Source: Eledone cirrhosa
Taxonomy: Eukaryota
NCBI GenBank assembly: GCA_964016885.1
Contig: OZ024740.1
Coordinates: 351,106,001-351,170,000 of the forward strand
Length of the DNA stretch: 64,000 nt
Reading direction: 5' to 3'
Positions 56,721 to 64,000 of the stretch are shown in pieces. The notes beneath the pieces are model-generated. The model saw only the letters and a list, made by a program, of their open reading frames with translations, was not told the DNA's origin and ran no database searches. The position numbers were made by a program, and so were the translations under genes. Each line of letters begins with the position of its first letter. Within the stretch, counting starts at the first letter, position 1.

Positions 56721-58527
56721 TCCTGTATTACAGCCCCACATTATACCCTAACGGATAGTACGATCTATACGCGGATATTTTACGTCTTGATGTGGGAGCT
56801 AAGTATATGTTATGTTTATACCATTACTTATTTGCATAGGTAAGTATATATTACCTGTATGTATTGTGAAGGTACGAATACTTTCTCTTACGTATATCTG
56901 ATTTTATATGCTATGGCGTATATTTTATATATTCTGGTACATATGCTTTTGGTTATGTGTATACGTGAGTTTTGCGTCTGTGTGAGTATGCGGGTTCGTA
57001 CGTATGTAGGGTGTGTGTTTATGTGTACTTCGTGTTTTGGTTGACGTGGTCTCCGAACATTTGTGTATTTACATCTAGGTACGTGTGTGCGCTTGTTATA
57101 TACGTATTTATTTATTTATATACGTTTATTTAATTATTTGTATACACGCACACACACACACACATATTTATATGTGCGTGTATTTGTATACCTATGTATG
57201 CTTGTATACTTATGTATGCTACGTATATGGATGCGTGTATGTATTTATTTAATTTCAATTACCTCTGTATTTTATTTACTTTATTCTAAACTCTGAAGCC
57301 GAGAATCATTCGGTTTCCTAGTTAGAATGTTAGTCTACGACTTCAGTTATACCATTTACGTGGTTTTGTCTTTGCGTGCAATTATTCTCCACGATCCACA
57401 TATGACGTATTATCTTCGTGTTTTCCGTTCATTGCCAGAGAACGTCTCTATGAACCACCTAAGAGAACATTGTCTACGACTTCTTTTATACCATAAACAT
57501 GGTTTTGTCTTTGCGCGTAATTGTTTTTCACCGCTCCTATTAATGACGTATTATATTCGTTTTTTTTCGTTCTTTGCCAGGGAACGTTTCCACGAACCAA
57601 AGTATCGTCTTCCTGTCTTCCTCCGGTTGCAACGTTTTTTGAAATATTCACTTCTGCGTTCACAGATTGACTTTGTTAGTTTCAGAAGATCCCGTTAAGG
57701 GTGAAAGCAGCGATTCTTTGCTTAAACTTTAATCTGTTATTTTATAATTAATTGCTCTACGGTTCTTATATATTTGATATATATTTATCCTTATCGAGCC
57801 CTCTTTGGATTTTAGTCTTCAAATTTATTATTATTACTATTACGTTTATAGCTTGACTATATGCTGAACCACTGCGAATTATACGATAGACGCGTGTTCT
57901 CTATATATATATTGCGTCTCATGGATTATGGGACTGGTGGTGTGAGCAAGGACAGTGGTACGACCTTGCCTACGATACAATAAGGCTTATAGTATGTTGA
58001 AGGTTTTTGATATTTTGGTGTTTCCCCGCATCCGAGACTGTATATCATACAGATGTATGAGAATTAATGACTTATTAATTCAGCCTATATTATTAGATCG
58101 ATTGCCTGCTTCAACTGCCTGACCCTGCAAATATCATTCTGACGCACTCTAATCATGTATAGATAAGACAAGCGTGCATGCTACACGGGAGATTGCTTCA
58201 TGCACTGACTACTCTAAGCTTTCCTCTTGCTTTATCTTCATAGACTGCCAACCCTTCATGTTTATCTTTATTTTCACTCTTGCTTTTATTTTATTTTATT
58301 TTATTTTATTTTTATCATGTAACACTTTATATGTAAATTGCCATGCTGTTTCATTTGATGAATGTCACCCCACTGTTGATCAATATGCGCATATGTTTTA
58401 TGTGTCTCTTGGGTTGAAAAGGAGGTCAAGTATGTTATAAATAGTTGCTCCGAAGAATCCAAACCTCGGTTTGGAGGAAACAATTGTAAGAAAATAAATG
58501 ACTTAAACTGAACTTTGATTACTGTAA

Positions 58528-58558
<31 letters not shown>

Positions 58559-58913
58559 TACTAAAACTGTGTGATTGCTTGCTTGTCTGTAAATGTAAAA
58601 GGGCGCATAATGGGAAAATACTTTGAAAGGATGTTAACCCTGAAATGGGAATAAAAAGGGAATAAATCAAGTATTGCATAAATCGGAGCACGGGGTCAGG
58701 AGATACGGGGTTTTCCGGGTACCTTCATATATATATATAGAGAGAGGGGGTTGTTGGAGGAGACAGAGAAGGAGAATGGAAGAGAGGGAGAGAGTTGGTA
58801 GTGTTGTTGTATATATATATGTGTGTGTGTGTAAGAGTGTTTGTGTGTATATAAATATATATGTGTGTGTGTATGACAAGTATATATAGATCACAGACAC
58901 CACATATATATAT

Positions 58914-58960
<47 letters not shown>

Positions 58961-59433
58961 TGAAAAATGGCGAACTGTGTTGTTGCAAATAGGATATATA
59001 TAATAAATGAAGATTTAGAAATAGAAGACAGGAATATCCGTCATCAGAGGTATTTAATGCGAAGAAATACCTATGATGGCTAGTAGACCACTGATGACGG
59101 ATATCCCTGGCTTCTATTTCTAATTCTTCATTTATTATATATATATATATATATGTATGTATATATATGTATACACACACACACATTTATATATATACAT
59201 ACATACACGTATATATATATGGGCCTTTCACTTTCATTTCACATTATATAAATCTCTCTGTATATTTTAATTATCTTAAAATTATTTTTAATTGAACGTG
59301 ATTTTAAAAAAATATTTTTAAGTGAGCGTGACACAACGGGTCACAGGTTATCTAGTATATAATATAGTTCAAGAATATACAAGACAAACACAAAGATGCA
59401 AAAACGGACTTATTAGATTCATGCGAGTTTATT

Positions 59434-59488
<55 letters not shown>

Positions 59489-59660
59489 CATATATATATA
59501 TGTCCAGAATATATATATATATAAGTCCAGAATTAGCCGTCGAAACGGCTTGAGCTCAGCCGTCGGGGTCTTACTTGTTCCTATACCCACTCTACTACCC
59601 TAAGTATTGAGTACTTTGGTGCGTTATGGTCCACCTTGTTCCTTACCACATTTCCTTCGT

Positions 59661-59719
<59 letters not shown>

Positions 59720-59887
59720 GGATTAACAAATAATAGTTAAATGCAGTCCACTTAGGTGAAGTCCAGTTATGGTATTCCAGGTAGTGGATGATATTAACGC
59801 TTGGCTTGGTTTGACTCAACAAGGCGTTTTCATAGTGATGCTGCGGGTATGCTGTAATTCCTATGTTGTAAACACTTGGAGTAATAA

Positions 59888-60675
59888 TAAATCAGGAAAG
59901 AAGGTTTACATGGTTTGCTATACAAAAAAGTTTTTAATCACATAGCTTACATTTGTTTCACTGAACTGGTATGTCTAGAGATCGCTATCCGCTTAATTTT
60001 GCGTTACTCGGTCGCCAATACAGAATTATAACCAGTCAGATCTTCGGAGCATGCGAGAATGAAGAAAATACACAGGCAAGAAAATAAAATAAAATACAGG
60101 CTACTATATGGAGTAGTCATGGCATTCAATTAGAACAATAACAACAATTACAACAATGCTATCAATAAATTATTTAAGGAGACCCTAACATTACTTAGGT
60201 AGGGGGTATATAATGTATCTAATGTTACGGCGTGAAAACTAGCTGTCATAAGGCAAAATGAAGCGTTGACGTGTACAGAGTACGATACTCTGTACACGTC
60301 AACGCTTCATTTTGCCTTATGACAGCTAGTTTTCACGCCGTAACATTAGATACATTATATACCCCCTACCTAAGTAATGTTAGGGTCTCCTTAAATAATT
60401 TATTGATAGCATTGTTGTAATTGTTGTTATTGTTCTAATTGAATGCCATGACTACTCCATATAGTAGCCTGTATTTTATTTTATTTTCTTGCCTGTGTAT
60501 TTCCTTCATTCTCGCATGCTCCGAAAATCTGACTGGTTATAATTCTGTATTGGCGATCGAGTAACGCAAAATTAAGCGGATAGCGATCTCTAGACATACC
60601 AGTTCAGTGAAACAAATGTAAGCTATGTGATTAAAAACTTTTTTGTATAGCAAACCATGTAAACCTTCTTTCCTG

Positions 60676-60680
<5 letters not shown>
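59888..60680. repeat. Near-perfect ~395 bp hairpin with a 3 nt loop; PLE pLTR-derived
   Basis: Centre ...GTACAGAGTA CGA TACTCTGTAC...; hammerhead in each arm (59945-60050 -, CCGAAGA; 60518-60623 +, CCGAAAA). Confidence 0.92.
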
Positions 60681-60709
<29 letters not shown>

Positions 60710-60922
60710 TTTACGTATCGAGAAAGAGAGAAAAAAAGGGGGGATAGGTGATACATATAGTTATTTGCCAAGTAGCGTATGCCAAAGGTGCTCGATACTA
60801 GTGCCGGCAGTATTAAATATTCGAAGTGTTAATATTTAGTGGGCTAGAGAGTTAGCAGAGCGTAAGCACGTTGGAAAGTGAAAAATCGGAGAATAGACCG
60901 TTAAAACATGTTTATTTAAAAT

Positions 60923-60965
60923 ATCACCTACGTACGTTTCGCCCAGTTGGGCTTCTCATGGGCAT
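60923..60965 (-). ncRNA. Degenerate hammerhead-like motif
   Basis: CC ATGAGAA GCCC AACT GGGC GAAA CGTACG TA GG. Confidence 0.5.
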
Positions 60966-61007
60966 AAATATATATATGTATATATGTGTATATATATATA
61001 TATATAC

Positions 61008-61072
<65 letters not shown>

Positions 61073-61448
61073 AGGTGTGTCAGAAAAGTTCCAGGACTGA
61101 TGTCACAAAAGATTTATTTCAAACCCAAACTTCACACTAAGTGTGAAGCTCGAATTTTCGAAGTTGCGAAAGCGCCGAGTAAATAAATATATAAATATAT
61201 ATATATATGTGTGTGTGTGCGCGTGTGTGACTGCTCGTATTTCTGATATAAGTGTGTCTATGCATATGTCTGTTTGTGTCTGTGTGTTCATTGGCTGTCT
61301 ACATGTATGCCTATATACATTAACACAGGTATAATAAATATTAAACTTGAGTATACGGCACTGGACAGAATTGCTTCCACATCATTCATTCTCATCTCGG
61401 GAACAATTTTGAATGGCGCCTGTTCGTAATTTGAACACGGGAATTTTA

Positions 61449-61537
61449 TATTCTCTGACGAGAGTTTATCTTTTCAATGGAGGCCCGCTAGGACTATCCA
61501 TTTATTTTTGAGACTCGAAACCGTTTCGGTAAAGGTA
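61449..61537 (+). ncRNA. Hammerhead ribozyme, canonical core, extended stem II
   Basis: CTGACGA GAGTTT..AATGGA..TCCATT..AGACTC GAAA CCG TTT CGG TA; stem I weak. Confidence 0.65.
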
Positions 61538-61598
61538 ACCATAGTAAGTACAGTGAATTTTTTGAAATTTATTCTGAAACTTATATATATATTTATTT

Positions 61599-61701
<103 letters not shown>

Positions 61702-61716
61702 ATATATATATGTATA

Positions 61717-61813
<97 letters not shown>

Positions 61814-62293
61814 TAAAATAACAGATTAAAGTTTAATCAAAGAATCGCTGCTTTCACCCTTAACGGGATCTTCTGAAACTAACAAAGTCAATCTGTAAAC
61901 GCAGAAGTTAATATTTCAAAAAACGTTGCAACCGGAGGAAGGCAGGAAGACGATACTTTTGTTCGTGGAAACGTTCCCTGGCAAAGAACGGGAAAAAACG
62001 AATATAATACGTCATTAATAGGAGCGGTGAAAAACAATTACACGCAAAGACAAAACCACGTTTATGGTATAAAAGAAGTCGTAGACAATGTTCTCTTAGG
62101 TGGTTCATAGAGACGTTCTCTGGCAATGAACGGAAAAAACGAAGATAATACTTCATATGTGGAGCGGCGAGAACAATTGCAAGCAAAGACAAAACCACGT
62201 AAATGGTATAACTGAAGTCGGTTCATATATATCTGATATATTTTTATCCTTATCGAGCTCTCTTTGAATTTTAGTCTTCAAATTTATTATTAT

Positions 62294-62436
<143 letters not shown>

Positions 62437-62482
62437 TGTGTGTGTCTGTGTGTGTGTGGTTGTTTATTCCAAACAAGAGGAA

Positions 62483-62649
62483 TATGATGATAATGATGAT
62501 GATGAGGAGGAGGAGGAGGAGGAGCAGGAGGAGAAGGAGAAGAAGAAGAAGAAGAAGAAGAAGAAGAAGAAGAAGAAGAAGAAGAAGAAGAAGAAGAAGA
62601 AGAAGAAGAAGAAGAAGAAGAAGAAGAAGAAGAAGAAGAAGAAGAAGAA
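62483..62649 (+). repeat. Compound (GAT)n(GAG)n(AAG)n microsatellite
   Basis: Directly visible. Confidence 0.95.
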
Positions 62650-62659
62650 ACTGAAGCAC

Positions 62660-63350
62660 TGCTAATCTCTGAGAACAAGCTGTGGATACAATGTCGGTGA
62701 CTAAAGGAATATATCAACTCGGTGATAATGTGTGAAATTCATACAGGAAATAACACCCACATGGTGATCGCATGCAAAATGCTCGCTCAAAATGACTATA
62801 AATGGTTTGTATGTACATTCACTGGTCAATATGAAAAGAATATGGATACCAGGTGTCGGATAAGTGTTACCAACATATTCCAGAAAGTTCATTTAATGAA
62901 AGACAAACTCAGGATACCTTGTTACTCTACAATCTAAACACATCTCAGATTTGAAGTCAACGTACCTGATATCATAGTTATGCACGTAAATAAGCATAAA
63001 TGACAGATTATTGAGGTTACTATCCAGGTAACATAACCTTGAAAGTAATTAAGAAATAACAAAATATATTGACGTGAGGATCAAATTTTCACGAATATTG
63101 TTAATACTGTTTAACAACATCAGGATAATTCCAGTCGCCGTTGGAACTTTGAGCTCGATACCCCGAAAATATATCAAGCAAAGAGAGTCGAGTCAGAAGT
63201 TGCTCTCCCACAAAAGACTACTCTGTTATGTTACTATTACCTATCTACTTAGGAAAGTATTGTTTGTCTAAGGTTCATTTTGAGACTCGACAGGCAGTAG
63301 AAACCCAGTAATTAATATATTTACAGTGCAAACCATCATCATCATCATCA
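62660..63350 (+). pseudogene. R4/Dong-like non-LTR retrotransposon 3' end (CCHC + restriction-like endonuclease)
   Basis: C..LAQNDYK, RPDIIV....IIEVTI, IIPVAVGTL; (CAT)n tail at ~63333. Confidence 0.6.
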
Positions 63351-64000
63351 CAAATTTGAAATTGAACCAAATGCAGCAGAAAATTGGATTTATTCTTTCG
63401 AAAATTATCCCCTTCTTATTTTGAGAATATTCTAAAGACTAAATTATTATTTCTATTTGTTTAATTAATTCTATCCATTATAAACAACTTTGGTTAATTT
63501 AAACTGAAGAAACATGTTTACGTCCTTATTTCATTTTCCCTTCAAATGAACTTTTAAAACTATAGTATTTACCATTTTTTTTAAATCATAATACACGCTA
63601 TGTTTTGAAATTTACTGTTTTATTCCTCAAGTGACAAATTTAATTTACAATTAAGTTAAAAATGTACATCTACATATGCATACTGAAATTCTAGTATGCA
63701 TATGAATACACACACGTATACATATGTAGATGTACCAAGTCTTTCACTGGTTACTTTACTGTGAGTATCCAGCTATTCTGTATGTAAACACACAGACAAA
63801 CCGGTTTTTAGAGTCATACTGGTTTTTGAGGAAACACCTTTCCTCTATTCTCTAGAAAGCCAGACAAGGAATATTGAACTAGTTTCGTTGTTGTTACAAC
63901 TCATCAGCAATATTTACCTATCTACCGGCCTTTCTGGAGAATCGTAAAAGCACATATCGTTATATGCTTTTTCTATGAAAATTAGTAGTGGGCAGACTAA

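Noticed and set aside
59015-59130. CTGATGACGGATAT in two inverted copies as hammerheads
   Set aside because: No GAAA or stem III follows; at most deleted remnants
63840-63900. Polypyrimidine-AG splice-acceptor-like site
   Set aside because: No supported open exon or donor; cannot call a host gene

Overview
AT-rich eukaryotic repeat-dense DNA with no recognisable host exon. The SINE families and the (TA)n/(CA)n density suggest an octopus or other cephalopod (inference). The window is dominated by Penelope-like retroelements (PLEs; reverse transcriptase, RT, plus GIY-YIG endonuclease) of at least three lineages: Neptune-like, Naiad-like and Nematis/Penelope-like. Their short non-autonomous derivatives are also common, most sit in (TA)n tracts, and many form long inverted repeats. 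tRNA-derived SINEs and decayed Tc1/mariner, Chapaev-like, CR1, RTE, R4-like, CRE-like and Gypsy remnants are also present. There are three main observations. (1) Two diverged Neptune-like PLEs have a conserved upstream ORF1 joined to RT-EN in the -1 frame at a slippery site, U_UUU_UUA in one and a one-base variant in the other. (2) About 20 hammerhead ribozyme motifs occur, many with non-canonical cores (U3-A8, U4A, U4C) or very long stem II. (3) A covarying bulged hairpin, RCUC-[stem-loop]-UH-GAGY, recurs near the 3' end of many unrelated PLE families, usually just downstream of the hammerhead. All RNA structures were read by eye and none was computed.
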